Below the pieces are notes generated by a model. That model was not told where the DNA came from and did not search any database. It was given only the letters and a program-made list of their open reading frames with translations. The translations under genes and the position numbers were made by a program. 64,000 nucleotides of DNA from an uncultured Verrucomicrobiota bacterium (GTDB lineage: Bacteria; Verrucomicrobiota; Kiritimatiellia; Kiritimatiellales; Tichowtungiaceae): positions 23,468-87,467 of the forward strand of contig CAIKWE010000003.1 of the NCBI GenBank assembly GCA_903831085.1, given 5' to 3'. The first letter of the stretch is position 1; each line of letters begins with the position of its first letter. Of this stretch, positions 39,971-50,130 are shown in pieces.

Positions 39971-42067
39971 ATGCACTTACGCTCTGCTTCGATTTATGCC
40001 GCGTTTTCCCTGCTTGTGCTGACGGGCTGCTCTGACGGGCCGAAGGGTGAAACGGTTCCGTATGAAACACTCGTGAAGCGGCTCGCCGATCCAGCGCAAA
40101 TGTCCAGTCTGGATACGCCGGGCGCAAAAATCGCCACTTCGTACGACCGGAGCGGCAGCAATAATGACTACGGAAACTTTCTGAAAAAAGGGCCGGACGG
40201 CTGGATGGTGCTGGCGGACTTAAAGGGTCCCGGCTACGTCTCACGCACCTGGTTTACCGGATCCAAGGATGGCTCGAAAAAAATCCGTCTCTATTTTGAC
40301 GGCGAAAAGTCGCCCTCCATCGAAATCACGCTGGACGAATGGTGCGGAAAAAAAGAGCCTCTTACTCTGCCGCTGGCAGGCTACGAACCTTACTGCTGGT
40401 ATTCATGGCTTCCGGTTCCTTTCAAAAAGCGTCTAATCATCATGGAGCAGGCTCCGGTTCGGGATGAAAAGCTCTACTACCAGATCGCTTATAACGCCCT
40501 GCCTGCCGGTCAGACGGTGGAAAGCTTTAAGCTCCCGTTGAGCGCAACGGCCATAGCGGCGATCGCCGAAGTAAAGACCCGCTGGAACGAACGTGGACCG
40601 GCGCAACCTGGGCCGGGAAAACAAAATCGCCTCGAACTACAGGGGCCGGGCCTCATTCAGGAACTTCAATTCACTCCGGACTGGTCCAGCCTTCCGTCTC
40701 CCGCCGCGATTGAAAAGGCCTTACAGGAGACGATCGTTCGCATTTACTGGGATGGAAACACCTCACCCAGCGTAGAAGCGCCGCTCGGCGCGCTGTGCGG
40801 CAGTATGTGGAGCCGCATGCGCTACCAGAGTCTCTATTTTGGCATGACCAATGAAACTCTCAGTCTGCGTTTCCCGATGCCATTCAAGTCATTGGCGGTT
40901 GTTAAAATTGACGGGCCGGCGCCCGTTAACATCGCGGCTGTTACCGGGAAGCCGCAGCTGGCGCAAGGATACCTGCACAGCGGATGGAAAAAAAGCACGG
41001 CACAGGCCGTCGGCAGTCCGCACACGATTTTACAAACGTCCGGCTCCGGCAAATACGTTGGCTGCATCCTTGGCGTACGCAGTCTGGATCAAAGCTGGTG
41101 GGTCCTTGAGGGCGACGAACTGACCGCCGTGGACGGCGAAACAACGCCGGGCTGGAAAGGAACAGGTCTGGAGGATTATTTCAACGGCGGCTGGTATTAC
41201 GGCAACGCGCTGGCCGCGCCGCTAAACGGCGTTGTTTTCAAGGCGCCGTTCCGTATTGTGCAGTACCGGATTCATCAGGCCGACCCGGTCGCCTTCACCA
41301 ATTCGTTCAACATGATTTTTGAACGCGGCCCGGACCACGCCAGCCACGCCGCTTTTGAAAGCGTCTCCTTCTATTATCTGGATCGGCCGCAGAAAGCGGA
41401 TTCCGACATTGGGAAACAGCCTCTCCATCCGGAACCCGACCCGCTCAGCAAACTGACCCTGATGACCGAGATTAACGACAGGGAACGTCTGGGTGATTAC
41501 ACCGCGGCGCAGGACACGATTAAAATGTATCTGGAAGAGTTCAAGGATGCGCCATTCGCCCCGCAGCTTTTCCAGAGACTGGAAAACTACCGTAACGGCG
41601 AAACGATTCCTGAAGGGCAAGCCCTGCTCGGCGTCTATGCCAATATGTCCGCCACGGTTTTTCTGGACGGCACAGTCATTGGCCGGTTCGGCGACCCGCA
41701 GGCTATGCAGTTTAAAACTGTAAACCTCGCCCCGGGCAAACACGTTCTGGCTGTTCAAACCGCTCGGCAGAATTACCCCGACTGGCTACAGGTAGGGCTG
41801 AAATACGGAAACAAGATCGTCGGCACCGACGGCACGTGGAAGTTTTCGTTTAATCAGGGTTCCGATTGGAATACGGCAAACTTCGACGACTCATCGTGGG
41901 AAACTTTGAGCTGCTGGGTGAAAGGTCCGCCGGAAGAGCCGTACATTTTCTGCAAGCCGAACGAACACGTCGGCATGCAATCGGTTCCGTGGGGAATCCG
42001 TCCGGCGAAAGACTGGCCGGCGAACGCCCGGCAGGTTTTCTACCGGAAGGTGTTTACGGTCGAATAA
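39971..42067 (+). CDS. DUF2961 (GH172-like) lipoprotein
   Basis: Lipobox LTGC; SYDRSGSNND, GPGYVSRTW, YFDGE..PSI, WEGDE-like LEGDE, GTGLEDYFNGGW, YRIH..DPV.F motifs. Confidence 0.8.
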   Translation: MHLRSASIYAAFSLLVLTGCSDGPKGETVPYETLVKRLADPAQMSSLDTPGAKIATSYDRSGSNNDYGNFLKKGPDGWMVLADLKGPGYVSRTWFTGSKDGSKKIRLYFDGEKSPSIEITLDEWCGKKEPLTLPLAGYEPYCWYSWLPVPFKKRLIIMEQAPVRDEKLYYQIAYNALPAGQTVESFKLPLSATAIAAIAEVKTRWNERGPAQPGPGKQNRLELQGPGLIQELQFTPDWSSLPSPAAIEKALQETIVRIYWDGNTSPSVEAPLGALCGSMWSRMRYQSLYFGMTNETLSLRFPMPFKSLAVVKIDGPAPVNIAAVTGKPQLAQGYLHSGWKKSTAQAVGSPHTILQTSGSGKYVGCILGVRSLDQSWWVLEGDELTAVDGETTPGWKGTGLEDYFNGGWYYGNALAAPLNGVVFKAPFRIVQYRIHQADPVAFTNSFNMIFERGPDHASHAAFESVSFYYLDRPQKADSDIGKQPLHPEPDPLSKLTLMTEINDRERLGDYTAAQDTIKMYLEEFKDAPFAPQLFQRLENYRNGETIPEGQALLGVYANMSATVFLDGTVIGRFGDPQAMQFKTVNLAPGKHVLAVQTARQNYPDWLQVGLKYGNKIVGTDGTWKFSFNQGSDWNTANFDDSSWETLSCWVKGPPEEPYIFCKPNEHVGMQSVPWGIRPAKDWPANARQVFYRKVFTVE

Positions 42068-43382
42068 CCGGCTTCAGCCGGAGCACCGCATAAAGTCCAG
42101 TCAGCAGCGCGGCAACGTTAAAAATACCGGATGCCACGGCAATCTGCTGGGCGGTACCGTGGAAAAGGTGTGCAGACAGCAGGTAAAGAAGACAGGATCC
42201 CCCCACCCCAAGAGTCTCTTTGAACCGGCGCTGCGCCAGTAGAAACTGCACAACCACATTCAGCAGCGCGGAAGCCGACATGGCCAGCGCCATCAGCCGG
42301 GTCAACTGCACCATTGAATCGGACGCGGCGTGAATCCCGAACAGGATGTGGAGCAGCAGGCGCGGCAGAAGAAGGCAACCGACCGCCGCCGCCGCTACGC
42401 ATATCGCCGTGTAGCTGAATGAATGGAGGAATATTTTCCGGTGCTCCGCAGTTGCGCCGCCCGATGAAGCCACTTTGGGGAACATGGCCATCGCCACCGG
42501 CATTGGAAGCCAGGCCACGAGTCGCCCCAGCGTTGAGGCAAAGGCTAATTCCGTATTATCCGGCAGGTAATGTTTCACCAGCACCACATCGGCGTTCAGC
42601 AGTACCGCAAAGGCCGTCAAAACAAAAGAGCTCTGCAATAGATAGAAGCGCATACTCGGCAGAGCCGTGCTGGTTTCGGCCCCGCCGCGCAGAACCAGAA
42701 ACAGTCCGACCGCCAGCACCGCCGCCGACAGGTAAATGCCCGCGCTGTGCCCCAGCATCGCCCATCCGCAAGCCGGATACCAGAACCAGACCAGCCCGGC
42801 ACCAAGCAACAGACGAAGAACTGAACCTAAGATTCCCGAAAGTGAACTCCAGCCGAAAAGCTGCAAGCCCTGCGCTGCGCCGGTCAGCACCGGAAGCCAG
42901 AACATTGCCGGAAGCACCGCGCCGGCAATGATAACCGGCGCAAAGCGGTTCAGATTCATATACCCCGCCACCGGATGGTTGAATACGACAGCCGCCGCGC
43001 CCAGCAGAAAAGCGGGCGCACTGCTCAGTAACAGCCATTTACGAAGTAACCGTTTCACATCACCCGCGCGGCCTTCCTGCTGAAGCAGGCTGCTATAGTG
43101 GCTCAATCCCGTAGTGAGTGTGGCAAGTGGATAGCTGATAATTGCCAGTACACCGAGAAAAGCCGCCAGCAATGCATATTCTTCCGGTGTTTTTCGGAAG
43201 GCGCGACTGACCGCCATCTGATAGACCAGATTGCAGACATGCACCACCGCCATACCGGCGAACAGGACCGCCGTATGTCTCAGCAGATCATCCGCGAAAA
43301 GCGCGGTGAGTCTGCCACGAAGTTTTTTTATTGTATTCAAGCGGCGTAAACATAACCGGAACCCGGCTCCGGCGGCAGTCAA
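42054..43382 (-). CDS. Oligosaccharide flippase (Wzx/MOP family); start uncertain
   Basis: About 12 hydrophobic helices, DVVLVKHY, MFPKVA. Confidence 0.8.
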   Translation of the reverse strand: MTAAGAGFRLCLRRLNTIKKLRGRLTALFADDLLRHTAVLFAGMAVVHVCNLVYQMAVSRAFRKTPEEYALLAAFLGVLAIISYPLATLTTGLSHYSSLLQQEGRAGDVKRLLRKWLLLSSAPAFLLGAAAVVFNHPVAGYMNLNRFAPVIIAGAVLPAMFWLPVLTGAAQGLQLFGWSSLSGILGSVLRLLLGAGLVWFWYPACGWAMLGHSAGIYLSAAVLAVGLFLVLRGGAETSTALPSMRFYLLQSSFVLTAFAVLLNADVVLVKHYLPDNTELAFASTLGRLVAWLPMPVAMAMFPKVASSGGATAEHRKIFLHSFSYTAICVAAAAVGCLLLPRLLLHILFGIHAASDSMVQLTRLMALAMSASALLNVVVQFLLAQRRFKETLGVGGSCLLYLLSAHLFHGTAQQIAVASGIFNVAALLTGLYAVLRLKPVIRP

Positions 43383-43561
43383 AATTTCGTTTTTTAACTC
43401 CCTAAAGCATTGAAAAATAAGAGTTCCCTTTTAAAAGGCAATGTGTCATCTTTCCGGTCGCGTTCGTCCAAAGGGACGTTGCATCGGTTCAAAAGCCCTG
43501 TGTCATGGGTTAAGAATTGGTTGAAATAGAGTTGAGTATGACACATGAGAGGAAAGAACAG

Positions 43562-43906
43562 ATGGACATCTACGTAGGAAATCTGCCGTATTCGGCAACA
43601 GACCCTGACCTGCAGGAACTCTTTGAGCAGCACGGCAAGGTCACTTCGGCCCGTGTTATTCTCGACCGCATGTCGGGACGCTCCAAAGGCTTTGGCTTTG
43701 TCGAAATGCCTGAACAGAGCGAAGGTCAGGCTGCAATCGAAGCGCTGAACGGCTCAGAGTTCATGCAACGTGCAATCCGCGTCAACGAATCCCAGCCCAA
43801 ACCGGCCGGCGAACGTCGTAGCGGTGGTGGCGGCGGCGGCGGCGGCGGACGCGGCTTCGGCGGCGGCGGCGACCGTGGCGGCGAACGCCGTGAATCTCGC
43901 TGGTAA
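43562..43906 (+). CDS. RRM RNA-binding protein with Gly-rich tail
   Basis: Start reassigned to ATG 43562 (GAGG upstream); IYVGNL (RNP2), SKGFGFVEM (RNP1). Confidence 0.93.
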   Translation: MDIYVGNLPYSATDPDLQELFEQHGKVTSARVILDRMSGRSKGFGFVEMPEQSEGQAAIEALNGSEFMQRAIRVNESQPKPAGERRSGGGGGGGGGRGFGGGGDRGGERRESRW

Positions 43907-43927
43907 ACAGCGATTCACATCGTAAAG

Positions 43928-43958
43928 ACGGCGCACTTTCGAGTGCGCCGTTTTTTTT
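43928..43958 (+). terminator. Rho-independent terminator
   Basis: ACGGCGCAC-tttcga-GTGCGCCGT followed by a T run. Confidence 0.85.
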
Positions 43959-43959
43959 G

Positions 43960-44727
43960 TTATCCGGAATAGCGCAACAGCCGTTCGGCCAGCCGTCCGA
44001 GCATCGGAATCATGAAGCGCAACGGCGAATAGAACATCCGTAGCCGGACCATCGCCACAAACATATTCACCGACGATCGGCCGATCTCAACTTTAGAACC
44101 GCTCACATCGTGCCAGACCGTCGGAACCTCGCGGATGGTGGCCCCGAGGCGTTTAGCCTGAAACAGCATATCCACGTCGAACGCCCAGTTCGTCACACCC
44201 AGATTGCGCAGTACCGGCTGAATCACTTCGCGCCGAAACAGCTTGGCTCCGCACTGCGTGTCCGTCAACTTAAGCCCAAACAGCACCCTCACCAGCAGAT
44301 TGAAACAGCGCGAAGCCGCGCGCCGCGAAAGCGGCTGTTTCGGACTGACATCCGCCCCTTTCATCCAGCGGGAAGCAATGATACAGCCGTCCAGACTGAT
44401 TTTTTGAACGAGGTCATCAAACGCTTCGGGTGAAGTCGCGCCGTCGGCATCAACAAAACCGATCAGGTCGCCCTCCGCCGACTGCGCACCCAGCAGCACC
44501 GCACCACCCTTACCGACGCGTTTCGGCTCCTCAATCACCTTCACCTGCGGATAACGCAGGCCAATGCCGCGCGCCACCTCCGCCGTGCGGTCGCTGCAAA
44601 AATTGGGCACCACAATCAGTTCGGCCTCGTCCCCGTACTTTTCGTCAAAGTATTTAGCGTAGGCTTCCAACATCGGCGGAAGCCGATGTTCTTCGTTGTG
44701 GGCCGGAATGACGATGGAGAGCTTCAT
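43960..44727 (-). CDS. Dolichyl-phosphate glucosyltransferase-like GT2 (ALG5 type)
   Basis: IPAHNEEHRL, GKGGAV, FVDADGAT, DTQCGAK, WAFDVD. Confidence 0.85.
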   Translation of the reverse strand: MKLSIVIPAHNEEHRLPPMLEAYAKYFDEKYGDEAELIVVPNFCSDRTAEVARGIGLRYPQVKVIEEPKRVGKGGAVLLGAQSAEGDLIGFVDADGATSPEAFDDLVQKISLDGCIIASRWMKGADVSPKQPLSRRAASRCFNLLVRVLFGLKLTDTQCGAKLFRREVIQPVLRNLGVTNWAFDVDMLFQAKRLGATIREVPTVWHDVSGSKVEIGRSSVNMFVAMVRLRMFYSPLRFMIPMLGRLAERLLRYSG

Positions 44728-46352
44728 TTGCGTTCGAAGATTTCAAGCGTGGTAGAGGCCTGACCGAAATTTTGGACTTCCCGGCATTTTGTGTAATTCG
44801 TTTCTAAAACAGCCTGCAGAGCCTTCCGATCACTGGAAGAAAGCTCCGCGATTTCCGGCGAACGGATGGTCAGGCCATAGCCGCTGAGAGCCGCGACCGG
44901 GGCGTGAGCTTTCGAAAGAATCTGGATCAGCATCTCTTTATTCAGCAGATTTAATTTTTCCGCCTTTTCCTTCGGCATGTCGGGATAATAGGAGAACGGC
45001 CCCATCTCCATGCCGTGCGGCACGCGGGCTCCGGCTTCAACCGCCAGATAAGTGTCCTGCGTCAGCAAAAGACCATCGTCGCCGAGTTTCCCGCGCAGTT
45101 CCGCGCCGACCTTCTGCAACGCTGCGAGATCCGGTGTTTCTTTAAACTTCCACCAGATCCGGTCGCGCCCGCGGATCAGCCAATCCTGATTCATTGGTGA
45201 AGAAAACGAGGCGGCGGTACAGATCAGTAGCACGGCGAAAACCGCCCGCAACTGCTGCCGTTCCGGACAATGCGGCACCAGCGTCACCGCCAGCGCGGCG
45301 GACAGTAACGGATAGACAATCACCTGATAATCGTCATACGGAAACGGCGCCATAAAGTGCACCAGCGTAATCAGCGCGCCGGAAAACCAGAGAAGCGAAA
45401 CGAAACTCCGCGCAAATGGCGAGCGTTCCGCATTCGCCTCGCGCAGCAGTTCGATGAGGTTGGGACGGCTGTCGAGTGTCATTTCCTCGAACCCACGCTC
45501 CCGAACCGGCCAATGCAACCGTTGCAGAGCAAACGTCACCAAAAGTCCGGCGAAGAAGACAAAGTAGGCCTGAACGGAACGGGAAATGAAACCGGCTTTC
45601 AGCGCGATCATCTGCATCAGACTGCCGGGCGAACGCCCCGCATGATAGCCGAACAGCGCAAATTCCGTATTTCCCGGAGCCAGAAAAAAGAACGTGCCCA
45701 GTCCGAGCAGCAGAATAAAACCGCCGCCGAGCCCGAATGCGATCCACGACAATGGAAAAACCTTTTTGCGGTTCCAGAGCAGCCAGAGCCCTGCCACCGG
45801 CAGCGCGATTCCGGCCGAGAGGCGCGTACAGGCCGCCAGTGCCAGCAGAAATCCGCCCCAGAAAGCGGCCATAGCGCCGCGACGGCTGTTGCTGGTGTAG
45901 CTCAGCGCCACAAAACCGGCCGTCAGAAAAAAGGCGCAGAGCGCGTAGGTTTTCACGATGACGGTGAAATAGCTCTGATACACGTTAACGCCAGCCAGAA
46001 TAAGCGCACAGAGCGCGGCGGCTTTCCGGTGTTTGGAAGAAACCGAACGAACAGCCAGCCAGGCCGCACAGCCGACGGCGGCCAGCCCGAATAGCGCGGT
46101 GATCAGCCGTCCGCCCGCAACACCGAACTTTTCAATGATTGGAAAAAGCACGCCGTAGATGTAAGGAAGCGCGGCCCCTTGCGTGAACATGAAGTCGCGA
46201 TAGAGCACCTGTCCCTGGGTGATTTGTTTCGCGGCGTAAAGATACCAGCCTTCATCCTGATTTAAACCGCCCAGAAAAAGGTTGGCCGTGCTCAGCAGAA
46301 TACACAGCCCGACCGCAATCACAGTGATGGAAACCCATGTGGCTCGTTTCAT
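44724..46352 (-). CDS. GT-C-like membrane glycosyltransferase
   Basis: First-loop LNQDEGWY (DE motif), G...YRDF, multiple TM helices. Confidence 0.7.
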   Translation of the reverse strand: MKRATWVSITVIAVGLCILLSTANLFLGGLNQDEGWYLYAAKQITQGQVLYRDFMFTQGAALPYIYGVLFPIIEKFGVAGGRLITALFGLAAVGCAAWLAVRSVSSKHRKAAALCALILAGVNVYQSYFTVIVKTYALCAFFLTAGFVALSYTSNSRRGAMAAFWGGFLLALAACTRLSAGIALPVAGLWLLWNRKKVFPLSWIAFGLGGGFILLLGLGTFFFLAPGNTEFALFGYHAGRSPGSLMQMIALKAGFISRSVQAYFVFFAGLLVTFALQRLHWPVRERGFEEMTLDSRPNLIELLREANAERSPFARSFVSLLWFSGALITLVHFMAPFPYDDYQVIVYPLLSAALAVTLVPHCPERQQLRAVFAVLLICTAASFSSPMNQDWLIRGRDRIWWKFKETPDLAALQKVGAELRGKLGDDGLLLTQDTYLAVEAGARVPHGMEMGPFSYYPDMPKEKAEKLNLLNKEMLIQILSKAHAPVAALSGYGLTIRSPEIAELSSSDRKALQAVLETNYTKCREVQNFGQASTTLEIFERK

Positions 46353-46419
46353 AATTGGGATGCATCATGCCCTGCCACAACCCGTTTTCCGAATCTTTTT
46401 TTTCAAACCTTAGAAACTT

Positions 46420-47319
46420 TTACGCCAGAACGATCAGAATCACCCCGGCGAGAACCCCGGCCAGCGCCCAGGCTTTACTGCGGCGGTTGACGTCGCCAAA
46501 CAGAAAGGCGCCGACCGCAAAGGAAACGACCACGCTGCTGCGCCGCAGAAGGGAAAGGATGACGATTAGTGCATCGGGGTTTTTGACAGCGTTAAAGTAG
46601 ACAAAGTCGGCGGCCACCAGCAACAGCCCGATCATTGGAATACTCCAGCGCCATTCAAGCGGTGTGTATTCCTTGCGTTTTGGCCACCAGACACAGGCGG
46701 TGAAAGGCCCGAGCAGTGCCACGTTGTAAAAAGAGAACCAGAACTGGACGAGCATCGGGGTGTAGCCGAGTTGCTGGATCAGATATTTGTCGTAAAGAGT
46801 GCTGATGCTGCCGATCAGGGTGGCTAGAAAGATATAAAGAATCCAGCGGCTACGATGGAACACCACTCCTTCTTTCTGCCCGATAACCGAAAAGGCGTAG
46901 TAGGAGCAGAAGATTACGGCAATGCCGGCCCATTGCATCGGAAGCGGGCGTTCGTGGAAAAGAAGCACTGCGCCAAGCAGCGTCCAGGCCGGGCCCGAGG
47001 CTCGGATGGGGGAAAAGAGAGAAATTGGCAGGTGCTTCACCGCGAAGTAGGCCAGCACCCACGAAACGGTCACAATGCCTGATTTGAGCAGGATGTGCAG
47101 ATGTTCGGAAAGTGTGGCAATGGGCACATAACAGTGAATCTGCTGCATCACCTCCGGAGCGAGCCGGGAAGCCGCCAAAAAGAACGGCATCGGCATAAAA
47201 CCGGCGACCGTGGACAAAAACAGTACCGGCAGGACGGCGTTATGGTTCAGCGCGTGCTTTTTACAAACGTCGTAAAGGCCCAGCAATACAGATGAAATCA
47301 GCCCAAGGTATATCCACAT
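46420..47319 (-). CDS. EamA/DMT family transporter
   Basis: Ten TM helices in two repeats, AVKHLPIS, RRSSVV. Confidence 0.8.
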   Translation of the reverse strand: MWIYLGLISSVLLGLYDVCKKHALNHNAVLPVLFLSTVAGFMPMPFFLAASRLAPEVMQQIHCYVPIATLSEHLHILLKSGIVTVSWVLAYFAVKHLPISLFSPIRASGPAWTLLGAVLLFHERPLPMQWAGIAVIFCSYYAFSVIGQKEGVVFHRSRWILYIFLATLIGSISTLYDKYLIQQLGYTPMLVQFWFSFYNVALLGPFTACVWWPKRKEYTPLEWRWSIPMIGLLLVAADFVYFNAVKNPDALIVILSLLRRSSVVVSFAVGAFLFGDVNRRSKAWALAGVLAGVILIVLA

Positions 47320-47552
47320 AATGGGTCCGCCATGCGTTTAAAACAGGAAACCGGACATGGTACGGATTCCAATCAGGCGTACAAGGCGAAACCGGCTGAT
47401 CGGCGTTCCTCTAATTTTTCATTTCTTTCCCGTTGCACTCTGGCATCAAGACCTTATAGTTCATGTCCGATAGATGTACTCGGCAAAATAGATATGAATA
47501 CCGTGAAAATCCGCATCGGTCTAAAAATTGACTTTAACGGTTCTCGAACACC

Positions 47553-48311
47553 ATGAAATCGATTCTGCTAATAGATGATGATAAGTTTGTAACCACGCTC
47601 TACGCAGCCAAATTGCAGAGCGAAGGGTTCGCTGTGGATACGGCGCACAGCGGGGATGAGGCCATTGAAAAGCTCGAGAAAAACCGCCCGGATGTGATCA
47701 TCCTCGACCTGAATATGCCCGGCATCTCCGGCGTGGAATTGCTCAGGGCAATTCGGGCCGTTCCGCTGTTTCAGCATGTTCCCGTTATCATTTTTTCCAG
47801 CGGATACATCCGGACGCTGGTCGATGAGGCCAGGCAGCTGGGTATTAATAAAATTCTCGCAAAATCACAGTGTCCGCCCAAGATGCTGATTTCTGAAGTC
47901 AAAGCGATTCTGGATCGGGTGCCCGCAATGGCGGATTTTCTGGCCACTGATGCCGCCACCCTGCCCGCGAATCCGACAACCAATGATATTCCCGGCCTCC
48001 TTGAGCAGTTCGTTTCTTCCCAGGAAGCCGCTGTGTTGCACAATGTGCTGCTGAAAATCTACAAGGCCTCACTTCAATGTATCAACGAGGCGCTGAAAGA
48101 GCCTGAGAGTACGATACGGGGTCAACTGGGCCGGGCACTCGAAAAACTGATTGAAGACCTCTATGCCAACCCCGGACACATCACTGAATCGACCAAACAA
48201 ACGCTGGTCGCAGGACTTCAGAAACTGATCCGAAGTGAAGCCGAAAAGTCCAAAGCGGAGCTGGGATCCGAGCTGGCATTAAAGGACATCCTCCGGTCGC
48301 TCGAAGAGTAA
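47553..48311 (+). CDS. Response regulator receiver plus helical C-terminal domain
   Basis: ILLIDDD, PDVIILDLNMPGISG, K motif; no DNA-binding domain recognised. Confidence 0.8.
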   Translation: MKSILLIDDDKFVTTLYAAKLQSEGFAVDTAHSGDEAIEKLEKNRPDVIILDLNMPGISGVELLRAIRAVPLFQHVPVIIFSSGYIRTLVDEARQLGINKILAKSQCPPKMLISEVKAILDRVPAMADFLATDAATLPANPTTNDIPGLLEQFVSSQEAAVLHNVLLKIYKASLQCINEALKEPESTIRGQLGRALEKLIEDLYANPGHITESTKQTLVAGLQKLIRSEAEKSKAELGSELALKDILRSLEE

Positions 48312-50084
48312 TCAGTCTGCCCGGCATTCTTCGATCTCAGCCCAGCGGGCAAAGGCGGCATCCATCTCTGCTGAAACAGCTCCGGCGCATTCCGTGACCG
48401 TTTTAATTTCATCTGCCGGGCGGCGATAAAAATCCGGCTCATTCAGCTTCCGATTCAGCTCGGCCAGTTCCGCTTCGAGCTGCTCAATTTTTTTTGGAAG
48501 ATTTTTTAGATCTTCGCGTTCACGGTTGGTCAGCTTGCGCGTCTTCCTCGTTTTCTCTGCCGAAGACGGCTGATCTCTGCCGTCTGACTTCTGATTTCTG
48601 GCTCCTGCGGCCTGTTGCAACCAGTCGTCGTAACCGCCGGCATATTCGCCGATCTGCCCGTTGCCTTCGAACACGAGCGTCTCAGTTACCACGTTATTGA
48701 TAAACGCGCGGTCGTGGCTCACCAGTAGCACGGTGCCCTGATATTCCACCAGTAACTCTTCGAGCAAATCGAGCGTTTCGACGTCGAGATCGTTGGTTGG
48801 CTCGTCGAGCACCAGTACGTTGGAGGACTGGGCAAAAATTTTGGCCAGCATCAGCCGGTTGCGCTCGCCGCCCGAAAGCGATCCGACCGGTTGCCGGGCA
48901 TCAGCGGGCGAAAAAAGAAAATTCTGCAGATACCCGATCGCATGCTGCCGCCCGGTGCCGGTCTGGACATAGTCGTTATCCATGCAGAGGTTCCACTTCA
49001 CGCTCTTTTCCTCATTGAGCGTAATGCGGTGCTGATCGAAATAGGCAATTTCCAGCTTTGTACCGTGCCGAACCTCACCCTGCCGCGGCGCGAGCTGTCC
49101 CAGTAGCGCGTTGAGCAGCGTCGACTTCCCGCATCCGTTGGGGCCGATAATCCCGATGCGGTCGCCACGCAGGATTTCGACAGAAAAGCCGTTAATGACA
49201 TCCGCGCCGCCGTAGCCGCACGAAATATTTTTGGCCGTGATGACCTTACGCCCAGACATCTCCGCTTCGTTCAGTTGCATTTTGACGGTGCCGGTCCGTT
49301 CGCGCCGCTGGGAGCGCTCGACCCGCAGTTTTTCGAGTTCGCGGACGCGGCCTTCGTTACGCGTCCGGCGCGCTTTGATCCCTTTACGGATCCAGACTTC
49401 TTCCTGTGCGAGCTTGCGGTCGAATTCAGCCCTTTGCCCTTCCTCGGCTTCGAGCAGCGCCTGCCGGCGGCTCAAATAGGTTTCATAGTCGCATGCCCAG
49501 CTGGTCAGATTCCCGCGATCAAGCTCCACAATGCGCGTGGCCAGCTTTTTGAGAAATACGCGGTCATGAGTAACAAACAACACCGTACCGCGCCAGCGCA
49601 GCAGAAAGTTTTCCAGCCATTGGATCGATTCGATATCGAGGTGGTTGGTCGGCTCGTCGAGGATCAGCAGATCCGGTTCATTCACCAGCGCTTTGGCAAG
49701 CAGCGCGCGGCGGCGCATCCCGCCGGACAGCGAGGAAAATTCCTGGTCTGGATCGAGACCCAGCAGAGAAATCGCCTTCTCCACCGGATGATCTAGGGCG
49801 TGTTCGTGGTTCCAATCTTTGGACACCAGATCGAAAACCGTCCCTTGAATATCCTGCGGAACCGTCTGTTGAAGCCGTGCAATCCGCACCTCGCGCGAGC
49901 GGACAATCTCACCTTTGTCCGGCTCCAGCTCGCCGCTGACAATTTTCAGCAGTGTGGACTTGCCTTGGCCGTTACGTCCGACCAGACAGATGCGCTCGCC
50001 CGGCTCGATTTGCAACGTCACGCCGTCCAGCAATGCCGGTCCGCCGAACGCGATATGAAGATTCTGTAAACTAAGTAATGCCAT
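48312..50084 (-). CDS. uup: ABC-F family ATPase Uup
   Basis: Start reassigned to ATG 50084; two ABC cassettes (GRNGQGKS, GPNGCGKS, LSGG, DEPTN), EEVWIRKGIKARRTRNEGRVR linker. Confidence 0.9.
   Translation of the reverse strand: MALLSLQNLHIAFGGPALLDGVTLQIEPGERICLVGRNGQGKSTLLKIVSGELEPDKGEIVRSREVRIARLQQTVPQDIQGTVFDLVSKDWNHEHALDHPVEKAISLLGLDPDQEFSSLSGGMRRRALLAKALVNEPDLLILDEPTNHLDIESIQWLENFLLRWRGTVLFVTHDRVFLKKLATRIVELDRGNLTSWACDYETYLSRRQALLEAEEGQRAEFDRKLAQEEVWIRKGIKARRTRNEGRVRELEKLRVERSQRRERTGTVKMQLNEAEMSGRKVITAKNISCGYGGADVINGFSVEILRGDRIGIIGPNGCGKSTLLNALLGQLAPRQGEVRHGTKLEIAYFDQHRITLNEEKSVKWNLCMDNDYVQTGTGRQHAIGYLQNFLFSPADARQPVGSLSGGERNRLMLAKIFAQSSNVLVLDEPTNDLDVETLDLLEELLVEYQGTVLLVSHDRAFINNVVTETLVFEGNGQIGEYAGGYDDWLQQAAGARNQKSDGRDQPSSAEKTRKTRKLTNREREDLKNLPKKIEQLEAELAELNRKLNEPDFYRRPADEIKTVTECAGAVSAEMDAAFARWAEIEECRAD
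48571..48605. repeat. 7-nt periodic motif inside the uup linker
   Basis: TGATCTCTGCCGTCTGACTTCTGATTTCTGG, encoding RNQKSDGRDQ on the - strand. Confidence 0.45.
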
Positions 50085-50130
50085 AAGAGGCGGAGAAGGT
50101 ATCAGTCCGGCGGGCCGATGAAAACAGCAT

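Noticed and set aside
43383-43561. Riboswitch or thermometer upstream of the RRM gene
   Set aside because: Long leader but only a short hairpin and no recognisable family motif.
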